From the NCBI GenBank assembly GCA_016191105.1, contig JACPPH010000006.1, positions 32,670 through 96,669 on the forward strand: DNA of 64,000 nt. The letters run 5' to 3'. Shown here in pieces: positions 9,682 through 18,812 of this stretch. The DNA is from Candidatus Saccharimonadota bacterium (GTDB lineage Bacteria; Patescibacteriota; Saccharimonadia; CAILAD01; BJGX01). Position 1 is the first letter of the stretch. Each line of letters starts with the position of its first letter. The notes below the pieces were generated by a model, which saw nothing but the letters and a program-made list of their open reading frames with translations, searched no databases and was not told the origin of the DNA. Position numbers and translations under genes: made by a program.

Positions 9682-10743
9682 CTAGGCTTTATACCACTTG
9701 GCAGCGCTCTCGGGCGGCACCGTATTGATTATCATCCCCGTGGCTACTTCAAAGCCGCCCCAAATAATGCTACGGCCGGTTACTTTGAGCACAAACCGGT
9801 GATGCTCACTAATGCCCTCTTCCAGATAGAAGTTAAAGCTAATTAGGTGTGGGCAGAGTCGGCCCATGAGTTTTTTGAGAATCTCAGCAGTGGTGCGCAG
9901 GTCGTCTTGGCTAAACTGAGTAAAGCTGGTAACGGGCGTTTTTGGCATAATCCAGGCCTCGAACGGCCACTGACTGGCGTAAGGGCAGAAGGCTATAAAT
10001 TTGTCGTTCTCCCAGATTATGCGCTCGGCAGCATTTTGCTCGTAAGCGATTATGTCATTGAAAGGGTCGGAGTTCTTTTGGGTAAAATACTGTTCGATGG
10101 TTTGACTTTCAATCGTGAGCTTGGGTGGCATAACCGGAATAGCAAAAATCTGGCTGTGGGCGTGGGCCAGCGAGGCGCCGGCGCTATACCCGTCGTTATG
10201 AAAAACACTCACATACTCAATGGCTTTTTGGTTCTTGAGCACCCCAATCCGCTCCTGGAACACCTGCATAACCTTGGTAATCTGATTAACGCTTAAACTC
10301 GATAGCGGCCTATTACCCAATGGTGTGTCGATTACTATCTCTTGCATGCCGTAGGCTTGGGGGTTCATGGGGGTTAGAGCCGGAAACTTATTTTCGACTA
10401 CCCGCACTTGCCAGCTCCCGTGCTCGTCGTTGAGATCGAACACCTTCTTTTCTAGGTGGAGCTTAGGACTATTAGCGGTCTCGATTAGCTTATGTTCTTC
10501 TATCCTAGTGTCGAAGGGCCGTTTGCCACGATTGGGGGCAATAATAACATAGTATTCGTGCAAGTAGTCGCGACGAATCTCGGTAGCTATGCCGGCAGTA
10601 TCGAGCTTAATGCCGCTGTGCTGCGGATTGAGTTTTTGAGGGTTGGAATTCCCGTCATTCGGCCTATCAGAATTAACAGAAACAGCGCTCCGGTGGTGCA
10701 CTTGTCGAGCATGCTTGGCCCCAACAGCTGACTTATTATTCAT
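9682..10743 (-). CDS. galT: Galactose-1-phosphate uridylyltransferase-like (GalT/HIT family)
   Basis: RGKRP, NKFPAL and GASLAHAHSQ (HxHxQ) motifs. Confidence 0.8.
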   Translation of the reverse strand: MNNKSAVGAKHARQVHHRSAVSVNSDRPNDGNSNPQKLNPQHSGIKLDTAGIATEIRRDYLHEYYVIIAPNRGKRPFDTRIEEHKLIETANSPKLHLEKKVFDLNDEHGSWQVRVVENKFPALTPMNPQAYGMQEIVIDTPLGNRPLSSLSVNQITKVMQVFQERIGVLKNQKAIEYVSVFHNDGYSAGASLAHAHSQIFAIPVMPPKLTIESQTIEQYFTQKNSDPFNDIIAYEQNAAERIIWENDKFIAFCPYASQWPFEAWIMPKTPVTSFTQFSQDDLRTTAEILKKLMGRLCPHLISFNFYLEEGISEHHRFVLKVTGRSIIWGGFEVATGMIINTVPPESAAKWYKA

Positions 10744-10794
10744 AGTTCTTATGGTAACAATTTTCTAGTCACTTTGAAAGCTAGCTAGCTCTGC

Positions 10795-12030
10795 TTAGAT
10801 CAGCTGAGCATAGATATGTTCGAGCTTCTTGGCTTGTTGGCTCATGGTGATCTTTTTGGCTTCGGTGTGGGCCTGTTCACCAAACTTAATAGCCAGCTCG
10901 GGGTTGTGTATGAGCTTGCCGATTTTATTTGCCAAATCATGCACCGTAGCTTTGGCCAGCAAACCAGTTTTGCCATCGATAGTTAATGGTGATATTTCTG
11001 GATCACAAAATACTATCGGTTTTTTGCTGTAGGCCGCTTCGTTTATAACCAGTCCCTGAGTGTCGGTAAGAGAAGGAAAGGCGAATACATTGGCAGCTCT
11101 AAAGCAGGCAAAGGTCTCGGCTCGACCGAGTGAGCCGGTGAAAGTGGTTAGCTGGTCGATGCCCAAGTCTTCGCTTAAGCTTTCGAGCTGGCCGTAGTAG
11201 GGGCCATCGCCCACAATCAACAATCTGGATTGCGGCATGGCCTTTACATTGTGGGCAAAAGCTCGCAACAGCAGCTGAATGTTCTTTTCTTCACCCAAGC
11301 GGCCAACAAACAATACCACCGGCGCATCTGTATCTATGCCATATTGCTGGCGCGGCTCGAAGCTGGTATGCAGGCGCGCCTCTTCGGGATCAATACCCGT
11401 AGGCAAGATGTCTATGGGCGAATTCACATGATAGCTCTTGAGCTGTTCGGCCATCTTGACCGACGGTGCAATTATCTGATCGCACATATCATAAAAACTG
11501 GTCAACCCTTCGCGCACCACTTTGCGATTCCAGTGGCGGATTGGGCGACCAGGCTTAAGCGCACTCAGGGTATCCGAGTAGAGGCCACGGCTTTTTATAA
11601 ACACCGGTGCCCAGAGTGCGGCAATGATTATTCCAGCCAACGCCCGTTTGTAAATTTTGATGTAACTTTCGATGTCGGTATGGTGGGTGATAACCGTTGG
11701 CAAATGATCCTCTCGAGCTATACGCAGTCCCAGGATGCCCATTTGGGCCGGGGTGTGAATGTGAACCAGGTCTAGGTTGTAAGACCGCACGCGTCGCACA
11801 ATTGCCGGGGTAAACGGCATGGTGTCACGATAGTCCTCGTACCAAATGCTCGGGAACGAGCGAAAGCGCACAATATTCCTGGTTTCACGCCGGTTTTTAC
11901 CGGGCGCACCAGGGCAAAATATAAACACCTCATGACCAAGTCGCCTTAGCTCCCGGGCAAACAGCTCAACCGACACGGCCACGCCATCGACTTGCGGGTA
12001 GTAGCGATCAGTAAAAAAGCCGATTCTCAC
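10795..12030 (-). CDS. Glycosyltransferase family 4
   Basis: FTDRYYPQVDGV, VGRLGEEKN, DTQGLVINEA. Confidence 0.92.
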   Translation of the reverse strand: MRIGFFTDRYYPQVDGVAVSVELFARELRRLGHEVFIFCPGAPGKNRRETRNIVRFRSFPSIWYEDYRDTMPFTPAIVRRVRSYNLDLVHIHTPAQMGILGLRIAREDHLPTVITHHTDIESYIKIYKRALAGIIIAALWAPVFIKSRGLYSDTLSALKPGRPIRHWNRKVVREGLTSFYDMCDQIIAPSVKMAEQLKSYHVNSPIDILPTGIDPEEARLHTSFEPRQQYGIDTDAPVVLFVGRLGEEKNIQLLLRAFAHNVKAMPQSRLLIVGDGPYYGQLESLSEDLGIDQLTTFTGSLGRAETFACFRAANVFAFPSLTDTQGLVINEAAYSKKPIVFCDPEISPLTIDGKTGLLAKATVHDLANKIGKLIHNPELAIKFGEQAHTEAKKITMSQQAKKLEHIYAQLI

Positions 12031-13193
12031 TTGGCTACTACTTTCTGAAAGATGTTTTCGTATTTGTTGAGCATGGCGGTGTTGGAATGGTTTTTAACCA
12101 CAATTTCGCGACTGGCTTTGCCAAACTTGTCGGCCCTGTCGGGGCTTTTTAAGATCTCGGTGATTTTTTCGGCCATCATGCCCGAGTTGTTCTCGGTAAA
12201 TAGGTAGCCGTTGGCATTATTATGGACAAGTTCGTGCAGAGCGGCAACATCGACCGACACCACTGGTAGCCCACTAGCCATAGCCTCGAGCGTAACTATG
12301 CTTTGTAGCTCGGCTGGCGAGCTAATGGCAAACAGATTGGCACTGTTATAGATAAGCGGCTTGTCGGCCTCGTCTATGTAACCTGTAAATGTAACCGAGC
12401 TCTGGATGTTCAGCTTTTGAGCTAAATTTTTGAGCCGGTCCATAGCTATGCCAGAACCACATATAACCAAGTGGGCTGTTGTGTTTTTTAACACATGCGG
12501 CATAGATTTTAGCAAAATGTCGAGTCGTTTTTCGCCGTCCACCCGGCCGACGTATAGCACAATCGGTTTGTCGCTAGGAATTTTGTACTTTTGCAGGGTT
12601 TTTACAGATTTGGTTCGGGGTTTAAAGATGTCGGTGTCAACACCATTGGTCACGGCTTCGGCTGGCGTTTTGAGACCATATTTTTTTAGAAAACTTAAAG
12701 CCGTTGGGGTTGGAGTAGTTACAAATGTGGCCTTATTGTGAAATCGCACCAGCCAATGCCAATAAAAGGTGTGGAGCCGGCCGTATAAAAACTTTATGCC
12801 TTTTAGGTTTAGCAAAAAGTTCTCAGGCATTAGGTGATTGGTGGCTACTACGGGAACATCATGACGCCGAGCATAGCGCATGCTAGTACGCCCCAGCATA
12901 AAGGGGTTGTGAATGTGCACGATATCGGCTTTAGCACTGTTAAATACCTGGCGAGTATGGGTGGCGGGCACAAAACTAGCCTTGTACTTGGGGTTAAAAA
13001 AGAAGGTTACAGCTCGCTCTCGGTGGATTAGCGACTTGCCATCGTGCTGCTCGTAGCTGCGAAACTTTCTACCAGGAGCCCACACCTGAACCTGGTGGCC
13101 TCGACCGATTAGGCCCTGAACCAATCGGCGCTCAAACAAGGCCCCGCCATCGGCATTGGGCCAATAACTTTCACTTACCAGTAAAATCTTCAT
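12027..13193 (-). CDS. Glycosyltransferase family 4
   Basis: MKILLVSESYWP, VGRVDGEKR, ELQSIVTLEAMASG; start moved to 13193 because the longer ORF overlaps tmRNA. Confidence 0.92.
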   Translation of the reverse strand: MKILLVSESYWPNADGGALFERRLVQGLIGRGHQVQVWAPGRKFRSYEQHDGKSLIHRERAVTFFFNPKYKASFVPATHTRQVFNSAKADIVHIHNPFMLGRTSMRYARRHDVPVVATNHLMPENFLLNLKGIKFLYGRLHTFYWHWLVRFHNKATFVTTPTPTALSFLKKYGLKTPAEAVTNGVDTDIFKPRTKSVKTLQKYKIPSDKPIVLYVGRVDGEKRLDILLKSMPHVLKNTTAHLVICGSGIAMDRLKNLAQKLNIQSSVTFTGYIDEADKPLIYNSANLFAISSPAELQSIVTLEAMASGLPVVSVDVAALHELVHNNANGYLFTENNSGMMAEKITEILKSPDRADKFGKASREIVVKNHSNTAMLNKYENIFQKVVAK

Positions 13194-13303
13194 GCTTTGG
13201 CTTCTATTATCCCGATTTTTGGCCGGTTTGGCCAGCCCCAATCTGTAAATACACCACAAAAAGCTTGTGTTTTCGAGGGTTTTGTAGTATAGTCTTACAT
13301 CTA

Positions 13304-13696
13304 GGGGCTGACTAGCTTCGACATTGAATCTTGAAATATACCTGCAGGCCGGGTTGGAATGCACGTTAGCCGTTCCGCCAAACCTTAAGTGGCAAAACAC
13401 TTATGAGCAAACTGGTAAACGCTTTGCGCGTTGACAGCTTTGCACCAGCTTACGCTTAACCCGTGTAAGCCGCTGATTGTTCGACATCAGATAGAACCTG
13501 ACGCGTCAACCATCTGATTGCTTTCCGGATAGCCCCTTCATATCTGGAATCAAGCCAAAGATAGGGGAAGCATGTGCTTGTTTTGTTGGTTTTCTTAGAT
13601 AGCACAGCCTTCTAAAACACATCAAAGCTAACTACGCTTGTAGACGGTATATTGAAAGCTCGATGGACGAGGGTGCGATTCCCTCCAGCTCCACCA
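13304..13696 (+). ncRNA. ssrA: tmRNA; predicted tag (A)GKTLMSKLVNALRVDSFAPAYA at 13391-13459
   Basis: 5' GGGGCTGA..TTCGAC, 3' T-arm and CAGCTCCACCA with a G-U pair at 3:70; internal tag ORF ending AYA-TAA; TAGTAT -10 upstream; smpB in the window. Confidence 0.96.
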
Positions 13697-15226
13697 ACAG
13701 GAACTTTCAGAATTTTTTGAGCCAGACGAAAGGACTGCCTCGCGGCTTCGCCGCTCGGCTAAGCCGCTTTGCGCAAGGCGCAAAGCGGCAGAATCCCACG
13801 GCTCGCCAAACGAAACGGAAACGGATTTGTCCAAAAGCATGGGGTTCGTTCCGATCTTTTGGACAAATACCTTGATTTCCCCGAAACTCTCGCTCTGCGA
13901 GAGTTTTTCGGCTTTATTCGCGTCTAAAATCCACGCTCGCAAGGGTTGGAGCCAATTCTTTCCCGTTCGTCCAAAATCCTCCAAATCGTTCGCAAGAGAA
14001 ACTTTTTGCTTCAAAAGTTCTTCTTTTTTGGCGAGATAGTTTTCTTTGGGAATGTCGCCGTCAATGTAGGCGGAAACGAGCTTGTCTAGTTTCTCTTGCG
14101 TATCAGAAAGTTTGGATTTGAGATTTTGGACGAAAGATTGCGATGAGTGGATATCTTCTCTTTGCCATTCGTCTACTTGCTTTAGCATTTTCTCTGTCCA
14201 CTCATCGCAAATAGCAACGCTTTTGAGCTGTGCCTTCAGTTGCGCGGCAAGATTGCTTTCTTGCACATATTTTTGTGAACACACGCCTTTCTTTTTAGTG
14301 CAACGATAGTAGCGATATATTCCGCCGCACTTGCCGCGCGAAAATTGCGCCGTGATCGCCGAGCCGCACTCTCCGCAAGTAAGCAGTCCGGTAAATGGAA
14401 AATCGTGGCGTTGTTTTGATTTGCGGGGTTTGGCACGGCGCAATAAGACATTCTGCACGGCTTCAAAAAGCGTTGCGGAAAGAATTGGCTCAAAGCGTCC
14501 CTCGTGATATTCGCCCTTATGCTTCACCAAACCTAAATATGCTTGATTGGTGAGCATTCGCGATATGGACGCTTTGGCAAGTGGCGTTCGGTGCCGAGTT
14601 TCCAAACCAAGTTCAGCCAAAAACTCCGCCATAGTTTCCAATGTATGCGTTCCTTTGGCGTATTCCTCAAACGCACGGACAATTACTTTGGATAATGTCG
14701 GGTGCGGTTCAATGGTGCGCGTTTTCGGATTATTCACATAACCAAAGGGCGCTTTGGTCAGCCACTCTCCGCGGCGGAGTTTTTGGCGGATACCGCGATT
14801 GATATTCTCCACGAGATTATCGCTGTAATATTTGGATTGACCGAACGCCACTTGCAACATGAACAATCCTTGCGGCGTGGGCTCAAACCAAAATGTCGGA
14901 AAGCGCAAAGAAACGATTTTTTGCGTGTCCACGAGATAAATCACTTTGCCGCCGTCCACAGAATTACGCGCCAACCTGTCGGGGTGCCATGCGAGTATTC
15001 CCACGCCGTCCATTTTTTCAATCTCGCTTATCATGGCGGCAAACATTTCTCGCCCCGGTTTCTTTGCGCTTTTCGCCTCTGTAAATTCTTGGAGAATTTC
15101 CACATTTTCTCTGCGCGCATATTCTCGTAGCTCAAAGAGTTGAGCTTCAATACTCATAATTTGGTGGTCGTCATCCTCCGTTGATTTCCGAGCGTAGAGA
15201 AAATATTTTGGTTTGAGCATATTCAT
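13628..15226 (-). CDS. Large serine recombinase (integrase)
   Basis: YARKS catalytic Ser, DRLARN, Zn ribbon CGECG..YYRC..C, coiled coil; the last 20 codons read antisense through the tmRNA 3' end. Confidence 0.95.
   Translation of the reverse strand: MNMLKPKYFLYARKSTEDDDHQIMSIEAQLFELREYARRENVEILQEFTEAKSAKKPGREMFAAMISEIEKMDGVGILAWHPDRLARNSVDGGKVIYLVDTQKIVSLRFPTFWFEPTPQGLFMLQVAFGQSKYYSDNLVENINRGIRQKLRRGEWLTKAPFGYVNNPKTRTIEPHPTLSKVIVRAFEEYAKGTHTLETMAEFLAELGLETRHRTPLAKASISRMLTNQAYLGLVKHKGEYHEGRFEPILSATLFEAVQNVLLRRAKPRKSKQRHDFPFTGLLTCGECGSAITAQFSRGKCGGIYRYYRCTKKKGVCSQKYVQESNLAAQLKAQLKSVAICDEWTEKMLKQVDEWQREDIHSSQSFVQNLKSKLSDTQEKLDKLVSAYIDGDIPKENYLAKKEELLKQKVSLANDLEDFGRTGKNWLQPLRAWILDANKAEKLSQSESFGEIKVFVQKIGTNPMLLDKSVSVSFGEPWDSAALRLAQSGLAERRSREAVLSSGSKNSESSCWWSWRESHPRPSSFQYTVYKRS
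13691..13822. repeat. Inverted repeat 1, left copy (putative att P arm)
   Basis: Reverse complement of 15255-15386, 131/132 identical by eye. Confidence 0.93.
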
Positions 15227-15254
15227 ATTTGAATTATTTTAGACGCGAATAAAG

Positions 15255-15386
15255 GTTTCCGTTTCGTTTGGCGAGCCGTGGGATTTTGCCGCTTTGCGCC
15301 TTGCGCAAAGCGGCTTAGCCGAGCGGCGAAGCCGCGAGGCAGTCCTTTCGTCTGGCTCAAAAAATTCTGAAAGTTCCTGTTGGTGG
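15255..15386. repeat. Inverted repeat 1, right copy
   Basis: Reverse complement of 13691-13822; adjacent 15236-15254 also matches 13912-13930. Confidence 0.93.
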
Positions 15387-15387
15387 G

Positions 15388-15521
15388 ATATTCTAAACTT
15401 TGCGCGAAACTATTTTGAAGGGAACTAGCCCGCCTCCGCTTCGCTCCGGCGGAACGCTCGGGCGCGGCGGAATTCCCCCCACACCCCCCTTCCGCCGCGC
15501 CCTCGCTTTGAAAGCCGCCGC
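15388..15521. repeat. Inverted repeat 2, left copy (putative att P' arm)
   Basis: Reverse complement of 18625-18758, 134 bp, no mismatch seen. Confidence 0.93.
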
Positions 15522-15681
15522 GCAGAAAATTCAGAAAAGAAAAGTGGTGTCGTGTTTGCCCCGCCCACCCATGCGCACACGACATCAATTTTGCTCCCCG
15601 AAACTACTGTAGCATAATTGGTCGCCATAGACTAATTGTATAACATCTGCTAAAATTCTTGCAAGAGCGATAATTTCCTTT

Positions 15682-15885
15682 ATGGCGAACGAAATTACAA
15701 AATTCGGTAAAAAGGTCAAAGAAATACGCTTGAAAAAGCGAATGTCGCAAGGCGACATCGCAAGAATTTTGGGCGTTCATAGGAGCTATATCAGTGGCCT
15801 AGAGCGCGGTATTCGCAACCCATCTCTTTTAACGGTTCAAAAAGTGGCTAAAGCGCTAAAAGTGAACGCAAAAGATTTAATATAA
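15682..15885 (+). CDS. XRE-family HTH regulator
   Basis: SQGDIA..GVHRSYISGLERGIRNPSL. Confidence 0.92.
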   Translation: MANEITKFGKKVKEIRLKKRMSQGDIARILGVHRSYISGLERGIRNPSLLTVQKVAKALKVNAKDLI

Positions 15886-15902
15886 AGCTTTACCCTCGGC
15901 AT

Positions 15903-16679
15903 ATGAAAACGAAACTGAAGAAACTGAAGATCGGAATATGGACGTTTATTGTTGTGGCGCTTTTAGTTGCGGCAAAATTTCTGATTCACGCCTGGGGGCT
16001 CGAATACTTCTCGCTTAACGCCCTCTTTACGAGCGCGATCGCGGGAGCGATCTTCATCATGGGTTTCCTGCTTGCTGGAATTATGGCCGATTATAAGGAG
16101 GCGGAAAAAATTCCGGTGGAGCTTCGTTCGTCTCTTGAGAATATTTGGGAGGAGGGAAAGTTCTTCAGCCGTGATAAAAGAGAGTTCAATCTCTCAAAAC
16201 TTAATGACACCTTACTCTCAATAGTCCGGAATTTCTTTAAAGGCCTCGGGCACGAGGGCGACCACTACCGGCTCGATCCGTGCGTTGCGTCAGTCAACGA
16301 GCTTTCGGAGTCGTTTGGACAAATGGAAAAGCTTGGCATGCCACCCAACTATATCGTCCGGCTCGAGGGCGAGCAGGCCTCGGTACGCCGCCAGGTGCTG
16401 CGTGTCTATCATATCCAACGCACGCAATTCCTGCCTTCGGCACACATACTTGCAGAATCCCTCGCGCTCGGAATGGTGTTCCTGCTCCTCTTTGTCAAAA
16501 CGGAAGGATCGCCGGAGTCTATCGTGCTATTCGGATTCATATCGTATCTGTTCCTCTACGTCCGGCAACTCATTCGCGTTCTTGAGAAGCCGTTCAGGCA
16601 GGGCGATAATACGCTCGACGACGTGAGCCTATTTCTCTTGAAAAAGTTTGAGAAGGAATTGTCAGGACATACGGCATGA
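15903..16679 (+). CDS. Hypothetical four-TM membrane protein
   Basis: Two hydrophobic pairs separated by a soluble helical region; LEKPF motif is reminiscent of bestrophin-like/DUF4239 proteins. Confidence 0.6.
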   Translation: MKTKLKKLKIGIWTFIVVALLVAAKFLIHAWGLEYFSLNALFTSAIAGAIFIMGFLLAGIMADYKEAEKIPVELRSSLENIWEEGKFFSRDKREFNLSKLNDTLLSIVRNFFKGLGHEGDHYRLDPCVASVNELSESFGQMEKLGMPPNYIVRLEGEQASVRRQVLRVYHIQRTQFLPSAHILAESLALGMVFLLLFVKTEGSPESIVLFGFISYLFLYVRQLIRVLEKPFRQGDNTLDDVSLFLLKKFEKELSGHTA

Positions 16680-16698
16680 TTTGCGAGTTGTGCGTTTT

Positions 16699-18579
16699 AT
16701 GAAAATTGCAAACGACCAAAAGAAAAGTAATCACCTGGAATGGATACTGACGGCGATTGCCGCCGGCACCTTCGTCGCGGGAATTTTTTTCAGTGTAATC
16801 AAATTGCCTCTGGCAGACTGGTTTTATTATATATCCTTGCTAGCTGGTGGGTTGCCAGTGGCAAGAGCGGCGACACGAACTCTCCTCCGGCGGAAAATAT
16901 CAATTAATGTACTGGTAACCATCGCAGCTATCGGAGCGCTGTATCTTGGACAAATCGCCGAGGCGGCGGCAGTGATGTTTTTCTTTGCTTTGGCGGAATC
17001 ATTTGAAAAATTTGGCAAAGCGCGTTCGCAAAAAGCTATAGCCGCACTGCTGGAGAGATCGCCGAAACTCGCCCGCCTGCAGGATGGCCGAGAAGTCGCG
17101 GTCGAAAAGGTTGGCGTCGGCGAAACCATAAAAATTCTGCCCGGCGACCTTATCCCTCTGGACGGGATAGTCAGCGGAGGCGACTCCGCAGTCGATGAAG
17201 CGGCTATTACCGGTGAAAGCGTCCCGAAGGAAAAGTATGCGGGACAAACGGTATTTGCCGGCACTATGAACGAAAACGGCTATCTGGAAGTCAGAGTTAC
17301 GAAAACCGCTTCCAATACCACACTTTCTAAAATAATTGTGCTTATCCAGCAGGCGCAAAAGTCCAAGCCTGAAATGCAGGAATTTCTGGACAGGTTTGCC
17401 AGCTTCTATATTCCAGCCGCTCTAGCTCTCGCGGCGCTTGTGGTTATTGTGCCGACCGTGTTTTTCGGACAGCCGTTTAGTCCCTGGCTTACCACGGCCC
17501 TGATTTTACTGGTTTTAGCCTGCCCGGATGCGCTGGTGGTGTCGGCTCCTGTGGCAGTGGCTGCCGCCATGGGCGGAGCTTCGCGCAGAGGAGTATTAAT
17601 AAAGGGCGGCAAATTTCTAGAGTCTTTAAGCAAGGTTAAAGCGTTTGCATTTGATAAGACCAAGACGCTTACTGAAGGGAGTTTGAAAGTGGCCGAAGTC
17701 ATAACTATGCATGGAGCAAGTGAGGAAGAAGTTTTGTCTGATGCCGCAGGACTAGAAAAATTCTCATCTCATCCATTGGCGGCTACCATTCAAAAATATG
17801 CTGCCGACAAGGGCGTCTCCGTTCATGATATGGAAGATTTCAAAAACATTCCCGGACGTGGAGGCTTGGCTAATTGCATGGTTTGTCCAACAAAAGATCA
17901 TGCCATTGGTAATTTGCAACATATCGGCGCAAGTATCAAGGTATGCAAGGATGTTTTGAAGGAAGTTGAGAGAATGGAATCGCTTGGCATGACAACGGTC
18001 ATTGTCAGCGAAGGCCCCAAAGTGATAGGGATCATAGGCATCACTGACCGCCTGCGCCAAGAATCTAAAAACGTTATCACCTCGCTTAATTCGCTTGGAG
18101 TCACACCGGTTATGCTTACGGGCGATAATGAACGGGCCGCCCGTCATATAGCGGAGCAAATAGGAATTAACGAAGTTCATGCGGCCTTGCTTCCTGATCA
18201 AAAAGCCGAACTGGTGAGAGTATTGCAGCAAAGGTATGGAAAAGTCGCCATGGTGGGAGACGGCGTAAATGATGCGCCATCTTTGGCGCGGGCTGATGTA
18301 GGCATAGCGATGGGCGGAGGCGGGTCGGATGTTGCAATCGAGACAGCTGATGTCACTTTGATGAACGATGCCCTAGGCACTATTCCTTACCTGCTTAGAT
18401 TAGGACGCCAAACCTTCAGCGCAGTGAAGCAGAATGTATATGGCTCGCTTGCAGTAAAGGGTGTGATCCTTCTGCTCGGCTTATTTGGTCTGGTGCGGCT
18501 TGATGTGGCTGTGGCAGTTGATGCGGGCGCAGCCATAGTGGTTATATTGAATGGCCTACGATTGTTTAATGCGAAGTAA
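16699..18579 (+). CDS. P1B-type heavy-metal-translocating ATPase
   Basis: TGES, CPD in the TM6 position, DKTKT phosphorylation motif, SHP, MLTGD, GDGVNDAP. Confidence 0.92.
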   Translation: MKIANDQKKSNHLEWILTAIAAGTFVAGIFFSVIKLPLADWFYYISLLAGGLPVARAATRTLLRRKISINVLVTIAAIGALYLGQIAEAAAVMFFFALAESFEKFGKARSQKAIAALLERSPKLARLQDGREVAVEKVGVGETIKILPGDLIPLDGIVSGGDSAVDEAAITGESVPKEKYAGQTVFAGTMNENGYLEVRVTKTASNTTLSKIIVLIQQAQKSKPEMQEFLDRFASFYIPAALALAALVVIVPTVFFGQPFSPWLTTALILLVLACPDALVVSAPVAVAAAMGGASRRGVLIKGGKFLESLSKVKAFAFDKTKTLTEGSLKVAEVITMHGASEEEVLSDAAGLEKFSSHPLAATIQKYAADKGVSVHDMEDFKNIPGRGGLANCMVCPTKDHAIGNLQHIGASIKVCKDVLKEVERMESLGMTTVIVSEGPKVIGIIGITDRLRQESKNVITSLNSLGVTPVMLTGDNERAARHIAEQIGINEVHAALLPDQKAELVRVLQQRYGKVAMVGDGVNDAPSLARADVGIAMGGGGSDVAIETADVTLMNDALGTIPYLLRLGRQTFSAVKQNVYGSLAVKGVILLLGLFGLVRLDVAVAVDAGAAIVVILNGLRLFNAK

Positions 18580-18624
18580 ATACCAAAATGAATTTGCGGC
18601 GTGCCAGCTTCGCTGGCCTGAATG

Positions 18625-18758
18625 GCGGCGGCTTTCAAAGCGAGGGCGCGGCGGAAGGGGGGTGTGGGGGGAATTCCGCCGCGCCCGAGCGTTCCGCCGG
18701 AGCGAAGCGGAGGCGGGCTAGTTCCCTTCAAAATAGTTTCGCGCAAAGTTTAGAATAT
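18625..18758. repeat. Inverted repeat 2, right copy
   Basis: Reverse complement of 15388-15521. Confidence 0.93.
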
Positions 18759-18812
18759 ACCCCTCCGGAGCTTCGCAGATATTGCTTGCAAAGCCCAAAA
18801 GGGGGGCGGTGG

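Noticed and set aside
13193-13400. N-terminal extension of the glycosyltransferase ORF
   Set aside because: It overlaps tmRNA and its promoter; GT4 homology begins at MKILLVSE.
15223-15628. ORFs sharing identical peptides with ORFs at 13663-13875 and 18387-18746
   Set aside because: The identity is explained by the DNA inverted repeats; there is no independent coding evidence.
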